Shown here: positions 52,905-61,665 of the stretch, piece after piece
Layout: each line of letters begins with the position of its first letter
How positions within the stretch are numbered: position 1 is the stretch's first letter
Made by a program: the position numbers and the translations under genes
Assembly (NCBI RefSeq): GCF_049075655.1
Contig: NZ_CP157522.1
Location: 1,088,001 to 1,152,000 of the forward strand
Source of the DNA: Methanothermococcus sp. Ax23
GTDB lineage: Archaea > AGJL01 > Methanococci > Methanococcales > Methanococcaceae
DNA length: 64,000 nt
Direction of reading: 5' to 3'
The notes under the pieces: generated by a model
Told to the model about the DNA's origin: nothing
The model's input: only the letters and a program-made list of their open reading frames with translations
Databases searched by the model: none

Positions 52905-53567
52905 ATGGATTTAATTTTAATTTTCATTGCAGGGATTTTTACGGCATTGGGGCCCTGTGTCATGACTGTGCTACCTGTTGTATTTGCATACACATTTGGA
53001 ATTTCTGAATCAAAAACCGAAGCATTTATAATATCTTTAAGCTTTGTTCTGGGATTTTCCATAGTTTTTAGTTTGTTGGGGGCACTTTCATCAGCATTTG
53101 GAATTATTGTAGGGTTCTCGAATATAAAATATTTAGCAGGAGCTCTGGCTATATTATTCGGTATAATGATATTGTTTAAAAAAGGTTTTTCGTTTAGGTC
53201 GAAACAGAATCCATTTACAAAAATTATAAAAAAATTTAATAAACAGGTATCATTTAAATACAAAGTATTAACTTCAATTGTATTGGGAGTATCTTATGGA
53301 TTTGGTGCAAATGTATGTGCAGACCCTGTTTTAGCAGGTATATTAACATATACAGCTTCAAAAGCGGATGTAATATTTGGATTTTTTGCACTACTAATTT
53401 ATTCGCTGGGTTATGGACTTCCCATAGTATTGTTAAGTGTGGCTGGTGCAGAAGGTAAAAAAATCCTTGAAAATATTGCAGATTCTAAAATAGCAAATGT
53501 AATATCGGGGATAATACTTATAATACTGGGAATTTATCTAATCTTTGGTGTGGCTGTCGGATTATAA
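52905..53567 (+). CDS. ccdA: CcdA/DsbD-type transmembrane electron transporter
   Basis: GPCV..VLP and NVCADP cysteine pair; multiple TM helices. Confidence 0.85.
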   Translation: MDLILIFIAGIFTALGPCVMTVLPVVFAYTFGISESKTEAFIISLSFVLGFSIVFSLLGALSSAFGIIVGFSNIKYLAGALAILFGIMILFKKGFSFRSKQNPFTKIIKKFNKQVSFKYKVLTSIVLGVSYGFGANVCADPVLAGILTYTASKADVIFGFFALLIYSLGYGLPIVLLSVAGAEGKKILENIADSKIANVISGIILIILGIYLIFGVAVGL

Positions 53568-53639
53568 GTCTGAAAGTTTTATTTTAATGGTGGATTTTAA
53601 AAAAATGGTGAAATAAAAACATATGTTAATTCTTTAAGG

Positions 53640-53676
53640 AAGCGAGCAGCGAAAAACCTAAGGTTTTTCGTCTAAT
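53640..53676 (-). repeat. Truncated ATTAGACG-type cassette
   Basis: Minus strand attagacgaaaaacc-tta-ggtttttcgctgctcgctt. Confidence 0.75.
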
Positions 53677-53772
53677 GTTGGATTTATTACAAACTTTTTA
53701 TTGCAGTTTTTACATGGTATTTTTGTATTACTACTCCATTTGAGGTTGTGTATTTCCCACATCACTTACTTT

Positions 53773-53857
53773 CTGACCTACTCCAACGGGTGAACTCGTT
53801 GGGTTCTCGCTTACGGTAGTAAGCGAGCAACGAAATCACGAAGTGATTTCGTCTAAT
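53773..53857 (-). mobile_element. Isolated MITE right end (cassette + RE hairpin + TCAG)
   Basis: Matches the last ~85 nt of MITEs A-C; begins exactly at the cassette start. Confidence 0.85.
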
Positions 53858-53977
53858 ATAACAGTGTTGTTTGAATTACAATGTATACAGTTCAACTGGA
53901 AACACCACTTAGTTTTTTATAATACTTGGGTATCCAGTATTTATTTAAACCTTTTCAAAAAATAAAATAATATAAAT

Positions 53978-55444
53978 TTATGCATTTTTGGATTTCCATT
54001 CATTCAATATTTTTTCCCAGTTGTTCTTCAAGAAATCACCCACCTGTGAGGAATCCCTTGTTCCAACTACGCATGTCCACCCAGTTTTTTCTTCAATATC
54101 TCCTCTTGCAGGAGCTGCCAATCCTGGGAGTATTATTATCTTATGATTTACCTTTTCCGCTACACCGGTTTCTTCTATAAGGTTCTTAGCATTTTCACCG
54201 CAGTATTGACCACCAGCAACTGCAACATCCACCGCTTTACCTTCTGTATCCATCGATAAGAGCCAGCATTTAACACCATCTTTCTCAAAGTCTCCTGTTA
54301 CCGTGTAGAATGTTAATGAGAAGTTCGTAGTCATAATTACAGGGCTGTTTTCATCTGGGTTTCCTATTGGATATAATCCAGGTTCAACTGCCTGAGGTTT
54401 TCTTGGGTCGGTATATATTGCCTGTCTAAGTGTAAGTATTGGCATTAATTCCCATACCTCAGTTCCATGGAGAATCATTACATCGGCATACCTATTCAAC
54501 ATTGCATTTGCCGTTCTGGCTTCCATAACTCCTGCGGCTTTGTCAGGTTCTTCTATAAATTGATTTATTGGATTATTTCCATTTAAAACATACATATAGG
54601 TGTTTATTGGGAGTCCCAATATTGGGTATCCCAATAATTTATCCCCTCGTTCTATTGCACTTCTTCTTATCATTACAAACTTATCAAGTGTTTCTGCAAT
54701 GTTTTCAGGTGTTGTGTGAGGGTCTAAAACCAAATCTTCAATACTATACTTAACGCATTCCTTAGCCATGCCCTTTAATGTTTTTATATCATCTGAGGAT
54801 AAAACTAGTGCAAACTCCTTTCCAGCTTCTTTCTTTGCTATCAGCATTTTAAGGAGCTCTGCAAAGTTATCCTTTGTAGCTGCATAAATCATAGGTTTTG
54901 ATTTAACAACATCCAAAGCTTTTTCTATATTATCGGGATTAAGTGAGCATAATGCAATAGGCAACTTTGTAGCTTCCTGAACAATCTCAACTGCCTTTTT
55001 AAACTTTTCAGGGTCATTAGATGCGTTCCTTATGGCAACGAAATCCAATTTTAATTTTTCCCCAGTTCTTTCAAATACAAAATCCTCAACATATTTTGCC
55101 CTGCTTTTTATTTCCTCTTCTGATAAATTATCTGATATATCTACACCAAGGGGAGTCTGGTTGAAAAATGAGAGCTCATACCTATACATTACCTCGTCTC
55201 CACCCATGACACATTTTTTATCTGAATGACCAAACCAAACTTCCTTTACAGGTGGGGATAGCATCTCTATAAGTTTCTTTTTATTTTTTTCAAATTTTGG
55301 CGTGTTCATTATAGGGCAGTGTTCAACCATTGCCTTTTTATTCTGCAATTTTGTTGCAAAAGCCATACAGGAAGATTCGCCACATTTTTTACAATTCGTT
55401 TTTGGTAGGAGTTTATAAATATCCATAGCACTTACTTTTGCCAT
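53978..55444 (-). CDS. cdhE: ACDS complex gamma subunit (corrinoid Fe-S large subunit)
   Basis: LPKTNCKKCGESSCMAFA, YTDPRKP, TTNFSLT. Confidence 0.95.
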   Translation of the reverse strand: MAKVSAMDIYKLLPKTNCKKCGESSCMAFATKLQNKKAMVEHCPIMNTPKFEKNKKKLIEMLSPPVKEVWFGHSDKKCVMGGDEVMYRYELSFFNQTPLGVDISDNLSEEEIKSRAKYVEDFVFERTGEKLKLDFVAIRNASNDPEKFKKAVEIVQEATKLPIALCSLNPDNIEKALDVVKSKPMIYAATKDNFAELLKMLIAKKEAGKEFALVLSSDDIKTLKGMAKECVKYSIEDLVLDPHTTPENIAETLDKFVMIRRSAIERGDKLLGYPILGLPINTYMYVLNGNNPINQFIEEPDKAAGVMEARTANAMLNRYADVMILHGTEVWELMPILTLRQAIYTDPRKPQAVEPGLYPIGNPDENSPVIMTTNFSLTFYTVTGDFEKDGVKCWLLSMDTEGKAVDVAVAGGQYCGENAKNLIEETGVAEKVNHKIIILPGLAAPARGDIEEKTGWTCVVGTRDSSQVGDFLKNNWEKILNEWKSKNA

Positions 55445-55562
55445 TATTATCACCAATAAATAGATATGGAGTAATATAATGAGTAATAGATGATAGATAA
55501 ATTAAATGAACAATTAATAATAAATGAATAAGCTGGAAATATGGGGGTAATAAATAATAATA

Positions 55563-56753
55563 TTATGCCCTTATCCATTCGTAATTGTCCGTGTTTATTT
55601 TTACCTCTCCCGGTTTTGTAATTAGTGTTTTACCAAATTCTTTTAATACTGATATTGAAAGTGGGTGAAGCATCATGAATATATCTACACCACTTAAAAG
55701 CATAGTTAAACCTGTTGTAATTTCCCATAATGGAAGCCTGTATGTCCTATCGCCCCATTCAGGGTTTGCCATCCATGCTTCCCTTGCCCCAATGGCGTTT
55801 GTTGTTCCTGATGACATTGGCATATTTACGAGCTCATCCCCTTTCAATCCTGCCAACCTTAATCTTGTCATGGCATTTATTGAGAATTCAGCACCATATC
55901 CCAATGAACAGGTTGTTGGGTCCATTACAATCCTATCTCCATCAAGTCCATGGGATATTAATTTCCTGTTTAAGTCCTTAGCCATGTTTGGGTCCATAAT
56001 TGTCCATGATAGCACATTGTGGTCGTATTTCATAGCAGCATCTGCAACCTTTTTATAATCTAAATCAAGGTTTGCCGATGCAAGTAAGCACTTTTCTCCC
56101 TCTGCAACTTCTGCACATGCTTCCAATACTATTGGGTCTTTTTTAGGGTCACCACTACCTCCAATTACAAATGGAACATCCACTGCCTGCAATAACTCTT
56201 CCATTAATTTAGCAGCATCTCTTGCAGGAGTATCTTTTATTTTTGGGTCTGTTGATATGTGGTGTATTGTAATCATATCTGCCCCAAATTCTTTCACACA
56301 CTTTTTAGCCCATTCAGCAGGGTCGTGCATGACATCCTCAAAATACTGCCTAACATTTTTTGGAAGTCCTGGCATAGGCATGTCAAATATATCAAATGTT
56401 ACCACAGGTGCATGTGGCTGAGGTTCTTCAAATCTATACAATGCCTTTTGACCTCCAATTTTTACAACTTTTCCTCTTCCTCCTTCTGATTTTGGTTTTC
56501 CAAACTGAACTTCTCGTATATATCCTTTGTATTCATTTATTGGAGTTTCCCAATCTACTTCTGGAATTTCTATTTTCAATTCTTTACTTAATCCGGCTTC
56601 TACAAGTGTTTCTTTTAGTGCTGGTGTTTGAGGTATTACCACAGGTGGAGCCGATGGTATATTTATTACCAGTTCATCTGCGGTAATCTCAATATTGTCT
56701 ATTTCTACCCTACCTACTTTTTCCACTAGTTTTATTAGTGCATCAAAGTCCAT
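55563..56753 (-). CDS. cdhD: ACDS complex delta subunit (corrinoid Fe-S small subunit)
   Basis: IGGSGDPKKD, MDPTTCSLGYG, WEITTG. Confidence 0.95.
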   Translation of the reverse strand: MDFDALIKLVEKVGRVEIDNIEITADELVINIPSAPPVVIPQTPALKETLVEAGLSKELKIEIPEVDWETPINEYKGYIREVQFGKPKSEGGRGKVVKIGGQKALYRFEEPQPHAPVVTFDIFDMPMPGLPKNVRQYFEDVMHDPAEWAKKCVKEFGADMITIHHISTDPKIKDTPARDAAKLMEELLQAVDVPFVIGGSGDPKKDPIVLEACAEVAEGEKCLLASANLDLDYKKVADAAMKYDHNVLSWTIMDPNMAKDLNRKLISHGLDGDRIVMDPTTCSLGYGAEFSINAMTRLRLAGLKGDELVNMPMSSGTTNAIGAREAWMANPEWGDRTYRLPLWEITTGLTMLLSGVDIFMMLHPLSISVLKEFGKTLITKPGEVKINTDNYEWIRA

Positions 56754-57015
56754 ATAATCACCGAAAAATCTATCATTATAAATCATTACAAATTAATAGA
56801 TATTCTAAAAAAAGTTATATATAAATCTTTTGAATGAGGCGATATCATAAAGCTTAAAATAAGCTATTAAAGATTAATTAAAGATATATTTCTCAATTAT
56901 AAACATTTTTTTAAGTATTATAGAATAGAAAAAGATATATATTAGAAATTATAATGGTTAAAAGGAGCCGTAAAATAATTATGGTTGAATAATATAAATA
57001 GTAATACTATAATGT

Positions 57016-57104
57016 GGCGCGGGGTGCTGTGCCTGGTGGCACAGGGCGGACTTCAGATCCGTCAAGTTCGTTTGAACTCGGGGTTCGATTCCCCCCCAGC
57101 GCCG
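57016..57104 (+). tRNA. selC: tRNA-Sec (anticodon UCA at 57053-57055)
   Basis: Long acceptor stem, long D stem ctgtgcc/ggcacag, gcgga-cttcaga-tccgt anticodon arm, long variable arm, 4-bp T stem with GGTTCGATTCC; T-run downstream; no encoded CCA. Confidence 0.96.
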
Positions 57105-57149
57105 TTTTTTATATATGTCTATTTTATTTTCCAGTGTTTGAGGGGAATT

Positions 57150-58103
57150 ATGAAAAAAATATATTCCAAAACTGGTGATTTATCAGATTTTAAAAATGCC
57201 ATTTCTTTTTTGCAAGACTTTACTGGATTTATAAAAATAGATAATGGAATGTTATTTTATATTGATTCAAAACTAACGTTCTCAATCTGGGGTGGAAAGA
57301 AATCTGACTTAAAAACAATATTGAAAAACCTACCTGATATATTTTCAATTGAAATATATAAATGTTCAAATGAAGACATTAAAAAAGTTATAGATAGTGA
57401 ATTAAATAGTAATTCCACACCAACTGCCTCAAAACCTGAGCTCCTAAATGAAATATATGGGTCAATATCATCTAATGTAAAACCAGACGTAAATGCTGAA
57501 AATGGCATTTCAATAAACCTATATACAAATATATATAATTATGTGGGAATAGGATTATACGAAGTAATTTTAATACCGAAAAGATACAAATCCGATAAAG
57601 GAACATTGATATTCAAAAACTGTGATGAACTATTTGCCATATATGAGTCGAAAAATAAAACACTTGAAGGAAAAAAAGCACTTGGAAAAATAAAAACTGT
57701 GTTTGCAGTTAGTGAAATTACCGCATTTATTAAGAAAATACCCCTTAACACATTTAATAGTTATGTGGAAAAATACTCCAATGCTCTTTTAAAAACTCAA
57801 GTATCATTTGAGGAATTAATTAAAAAAATAAAAGAAAAAGGAACTAAAATAATTAAAAATGATTCATTGGTAAATGTTTTAACAGAAAAACCCTCATTAA
57901 TAGAAATCGATAAAAATATGTATATTGTATCCAACGAAAAAAAACCTGTTTATGCATTTTTTGAAGACTATGATGGAGATAAAGCATACAGATATATTAA
58001 AAATTTCTGCATTTTTAACGATATCGAAATTAAAATATACCCTCTTGATAACGATGAGTTTAAGTTGTTCAAAGAATTTCAAGAAAATAGAATAAAACAG
58101 TAG
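57150..58103 (+). CDS. DUF2226-like conserved Methanococcales protein
   Basis: ATG 57150 after GAGGGG RBS; FTGFIKI, YDGDKAYR; the track's N-terminal extension overlaps tRNA-Sec and is spurious. Confidence 0.65.
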   Translation: MKKIYSKTGDLSDFKNAISFLQDFTGFIKIDNGMLFYIDSKLTFSIWGGKKSDLKTILKNLPDIFSIEIYKCSNEDIKKVIDSELNSNSTPTASKPELLNEIYGSISSNVKPDVNAENGISINLYTNIYNYVGIGLYEVILIPKRYKSDKGTLIFKNCDELFAIYESKNKTLEGKKALGKIKTVFAVSEITAFIKKIPLNTFNSYVEKYSNALLKTQVSFEELIKKIKEKGTKIIKNDSLVNVLTEKPSLIEIDKNMYIVSNEKKPVYAFFEDYDGDKAYRYIKNFCIFNDIEIKIYPLDNDEFKLFKEFQENRIKQ

Positions 58104-58160
58104 AACGATAAATAAAACGCAATATAAGCAGTAGTAAATAAGTAGTATGTAATATCTAAT

Positions 58161-58748
58161 TTATTTTGAATCTTTGAATATATTCTTCATATAGTATTTA
58201 CTATATAGAGTTCCCCCCGGATTATGTGCTAAAATTCTATCCTTAACTAAAAATGTTGTTGCAGGGGCTCTTGAATATTTTTGAAATAATATGTCATGTC
58301 CAATACACAGACCTACAATAATGTTTAAATCTGTCTCTTTTTCATTTAAAATTTCAGCCTGAGCTATGGGATTGCACATGGATTCTCTATTGTTGGGATT
58401 TATTTTTGTTAGGTTGAGCTTATCCTTATCAATTCCGCAAACTTTGCAACATACGGAGTATGTTTTAAAATAGTTTGATAAAATCTTATCCAAAGTTTTT
58501 GCTTCATTTTCCAATCCAATACAGAAAACTATTCCAATTTTTTTACATTCCATCAATTTACAAAATTCTATAATCTCTTCCAATCTGTTCTTTTTCATAT
58601 AGTAAGTTCCTTCAATGTATGATGAAACTGTTGCTATTTTTAAATTTTCATCTTTTTTATATTCTTTCATGACCTTTTCGCTAATTTCTTTTTTACAGCA
58701 GTTTTTTCCATCTGCACATAATTTTTTATCGCATACTGCACATTTCAT
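58161..58748 (-). CDS. DUF1847-family metal-binding protein
   Basis: KIGIVFCIGL, VCCKVCG, MCNPIAQA, GLCIGHD, VKDRILAHNP. Confidence 0.85.
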   Translation of the reverse strand: MKCAVCDKKLCADGKNCCKKEISEKVMKEYKKDENLKIATVSSYIEGTYYMKKNRLEEIIEFCKLMECKKIGIVFCIGLENEAKTLDKILSNYFKTYSVCCKVCGIDKDKLNLTKINPNNRESMCNPIAQAEILNEKETDLNIIVGLCIGHDILFQKYSRAPATTFLVKDRILAHNPGGTLYSKYYMKNIFKDSK

Positions 58749-58843
58749 TGTTTTACCTTTCTTTATTATATGTTTGTTTAAATATATTTATACATCCATT
58801 ACTTTGAAAATAAACTTATCAACAATTAAAAACTAGATTTTAC

Positions 58844-59219
58844 GATAAACCGCCGAGAAAGCCAACGATTTTAATCGTTATACAAAACATAGTTTTGTAA
58901 AATCTCTTACGAGATTGGATGAGAGGCGGGACATTATATCGGCTAGTAAGTAGTAAAATATAAATATGTGAAGATTAGTAGTAAGTAACGCTACCAGTCC
59001 AAGTATCTATGGGTAGGGTTATCGAAAACTCTACCGCTGGTAGTGTTTGGAAATTCAAAAGGTAGCCCTGAATCTCCTAAACGGAGATAGGGGTAGTGGG
59101 CTTGGCCACCCGTGTAGGGTTAAACCCTACTAAAATTAGACGAAATCACTTCGTGATTTCGTTGCTCGCTTACTACCGTAAGCGAGAACCCAACGAGTTC
59201 ACTCGTTGGAGTAGGTCAG
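58844..59219 (+). mobile_element. IS605-derived MITE copy C, 376 bp
   Basis: TTTAC|GATAAACC...GGTCAG; intergenic. Confidence 0.93.
58987..59219 (+). ncRNA. Putative omegaRNA-like transcript within the MITE (also in copies A and B)
   Basis: TATAAATA at 58959-58966 about 20 nt upstream; covarying stems shared with tnpB mid-gene and tnpB 3' end. Confidence 0.55.
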
Positions 59220-59296
59220 ATTTATATATTAAAATTATAAGAAATTAAAATAAAAAATAATTAAATGATAATATAAATCAAATCGATTATAATTAA

Positions 59297-60610
59297 TTAT
59301 AATAAATAATCAGGCACAATATCCTTTGAAAGCAAATCTGCATAGGTTTCTTTTTCTCTGATGATAAACACTCCCTTTTCACTTGTTAATATCATTCTTG
59401 GTCTTCCTCTTGCATTGTAGTTATTTGCCATGCTTATACCATAGGCCCCAACATCCAATATGGCAATTATATCATCCACTTCTATTTTTGTGAGCTCCCT
59501 ATCTTTTCCAAATACATCTGAGCTCTCACATAAACCACCTGCAATATTTACAACTTCCTTTTCATTTCCCCTTATGACGCATGGAGTTATTTCGTGGTAT
59601 GATTCATATATTGCTGGTCTCATCATGTCGTTCATACCAGCATCAATCATTACCCATTTTGCAACAGGAGTTTCTTTAATATGATGCACTTTTCCAAGCA
59701 ATACCCCAGCTGTTGCAACTAAACTTCTTCCAGGTTCAAGTATTAAATTTGGGAGCTCGATTTTATCCTTATATTCCATCATTGTGTTTATTATAGCATC
59801 AGCCAAATCCTTTTGAACTGGAATTTCTGTGTTTTTGTCGTATGGAATACCTAATCCACCGCCTAAATTAACATCTTTTATTTCAATTCCTTCTTTTTTC
59901 AATTCAACGACGAAATCCATAACTTTTCTTGTTTCTTCAATGAAGGGCGTAATGTCCGTTAATTGGGAACCTATGTGGCAGTGTATTCCTACAATATTTA
60001 CATTTTCCATTTCTGTTGCCATTTTAATTGCTTTCATTGCAATTCCTGATTCAACATCAAGTCCAAATTTGTTCTTTTTCAATCCTGTTGAAATTTTTGG
60101 ATGTGTCTTTGGATTTACATTTGGATTTATTCTAAATGCAATATTTGCAACTTTTCCCATTTCCTTTGCAGTTTCATTTATCAATATTAATTCGCTTATG
60201 CTATCCACATTAAATGACCTTATATTTGCCTCAATCCCCATTTTTATTTCGTCTTTTGTTTTACAGTTTCCGTTGAATACTATTTTTTCTGATGGAACAT
60301 TTGAAAGCTTTGCAGTGTAGAGCTCCCCTCCACTTACAACATCGGCACCGCATCCTAATTTTGATAGCAATCTTGTAATTGCCAAGTTTGAGTTTGCCTT
60401 GTATGCGTATCCTACAATAAACTCTTTTCCTGTTTTTTCAGTGTATTCCTTAAATGCCTCAATGTATCTTGTAAAGTTTTTAACAATTTGGCTTTCACTC
60501 ATTACATAAAGTGGTGTGCCGTATTCTTTTGCCAGTTCAGTTGCATCATATCCATCTATTTTTAAAACACCATCTTCAACAGTTATCATTTCATTTCCAA
60601 GAAATTTCAT
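59297..60610 (-). CDS. lysA: Diaminopimelate decarboxylase
   Basis: YAYKAN, HCHIGSQ, NLGGG, EPGRS, GLCESSD, GAYG..M..NYN. Confidence 0.96.
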   Translation of the reverse strand: MKFLGNEMITVEDGVLKIDGYDATELAKEYGTPLYVMSESQIVKNFTRYIEAFKEYTEKTGKEFIVGYAYKANSNLAITRLLSKLGCGADVVSGGELYTAKLSNVPSEKIVFNGNCKTKDEIKMGIEANIRSFNVDSISELILINETAKEMGKVANIAFRINPNVNPKTHPKISTGLKKNKFGLDVESGIAMKAIKMATEMENVNIVGIHCHIGSQLTDITPFIEETRKVMDFVVELKKEGIEIKDVNLGGGLGIPYDKNTEIPVQKDLADAIINTMMEYKDKIELPNLILEPGRSLVATAGVLLGKVHHIKETPVAKWVMIDAGMNDMMRPAIYESYHEITPCVIRGNEKEVVNIAGGLCESSDVFGKDRELTKIEVDDIIAILDVGAYGISMANNYNARGRPRMILTSEKGVFIIREKETYADLLSKDIVPDYLL

Positions 60611-60764
60611 ATTCTCACCCATGTAAATGTTTATATTTTATTAATTTTATTAATTTTATTTTAACAAATATCTTTTTATTATTTATACTATTAGGTAGGA
60701 TGATTTATGCAATATATGGTATTTAAATAGTATTTAAATGATGATTAATTTTATAAGGGAAACT

Positions 60765-61526
60765 ATGGTAATAAAAGAAAAAAGAAGAATGGAAGTTATA
60801 GGATTAGAAATACCGATAATCTCAGGAGATGAAGAGTTAGGGCTTAATTATCTCGCCGATTTAATTTCAAGCTACCCAATAGAAGATAAGGACATAATAA
60901 TTATAGCAGAAACCATCATATCAAAACTTGAAGGAAACATATTAAAAAAAGATGATATAAAACCATCCAAAGAAGCTTATGAGCTTGCAAAGCAGTTGGA
61001 CAAATCCCCTGAAGTTGTGCAAGTAATACTGGATGAATCAAATGAAATAGTTAAAGTTGGTGAAAAATTCATAATTACAGAAACAAAGCACGGTTTTGTA
61101 TGTGCAAACAGCGGAGTTGATGAAAGCAATTCTCTTGATGCTATAAAACCTCTTCCAAAAAATCCCGACAAAAGTGCAGCTGAGCTCAGAAAAATGATTG
61201 AAGAAAAAACTGGAAAAAAGGTTGGAGTAATAATAAACGACAGCATGGGAAGACCATTTAGAAAAGGTTCCTGTGGTGTAGCAATAGGAGTCAGCGGAGT
61301 ATGTGCATTGTGGGACAGAAAAGGAGAAGAAGATTTATTTGGAAGACCCCTTCATACAACAGAAGTTGGAATAGCAGATGAGCTCGCGGCTACTGCATCT
61401 GTTGTAATGGGGCAGTCAAATGAAGGGATACCTATTGTAATTATAAGAAACGCACCAGTTCCTTTTATTGATGGAAATGGGAAGGATTTAATTAGAAAAA
61501 AAGAAGAGGATGTTTTTAGACAATAG
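60765..61526 (+). CDS. cofE: Coenzyme F420-0:L-glutamate ligase
   Basis: ETIISKLEG, GFVCANSGVDESN, DSMGRPFR, DLFG, ADELA. Confidence 0.93.
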   Translation: MVIKEKRRMEVIGLEIPIISGDEELGLNYLADLISSYPIEDKDIIIIAETIISKLEGNILKKDDIKPSKEAYELAKQLDKSPEVVQVILDESNEIVKVGEKFIITETKHGFVCANSGVDESNSLDAIKPLPKNPDKSAAELRKMIEEKTGKKVGVIINDSMGRPFRKGSCGVAIGVSGVCALWDRKGEEDLFGRPLHTTEVGIADELAATASVVMGQSNEGIPIVIIRNAPVPFIDGNGKDLIRKKEEDVFRQ

Positions 61527-61665
61527 ACTATGGGAAATAATAAATCATGCAAAATTTATATATATTAATTAATAATAGTAAAGATTAAATAATATAGATA
61601 TAATTTTATAATGACATTATCCAAATAAATAAATTTCAAAAAGAACATAAATTTAGTGATGTATT

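Larger units (their letters stand above)
53607..53951 (-). mobile_element. Decayed Zn-ribbon transposase remnant with nested cassette and MITE right-end fragment
   Basis: Minus strand MNCIHCNSNNTV[insert]CGKYTTSNGVVIQKY/CKNCNKKF; weak terminal repeats ggtgaaataaa / ggtttaaataaa. Confidence 0.45.

Noticed and set aside
53978-56753. cdhDE separated from cdhABC
   Set aside because: Split ACDS loci are known in Methanococcales, so this is not unusual.
56985-57149. N-terminal extension of the 372-aa ORF
   Set aside because: It overlaps tRNA-Sec; a good RBS precedes ATG 57150.
44537-59219. Repeated hairpin-rich segments as a CRISPR array
   Set aside because: There is no regular repeat-spacer periodicity and no cas gene; the repeats are dispersed IS605 derivatives.
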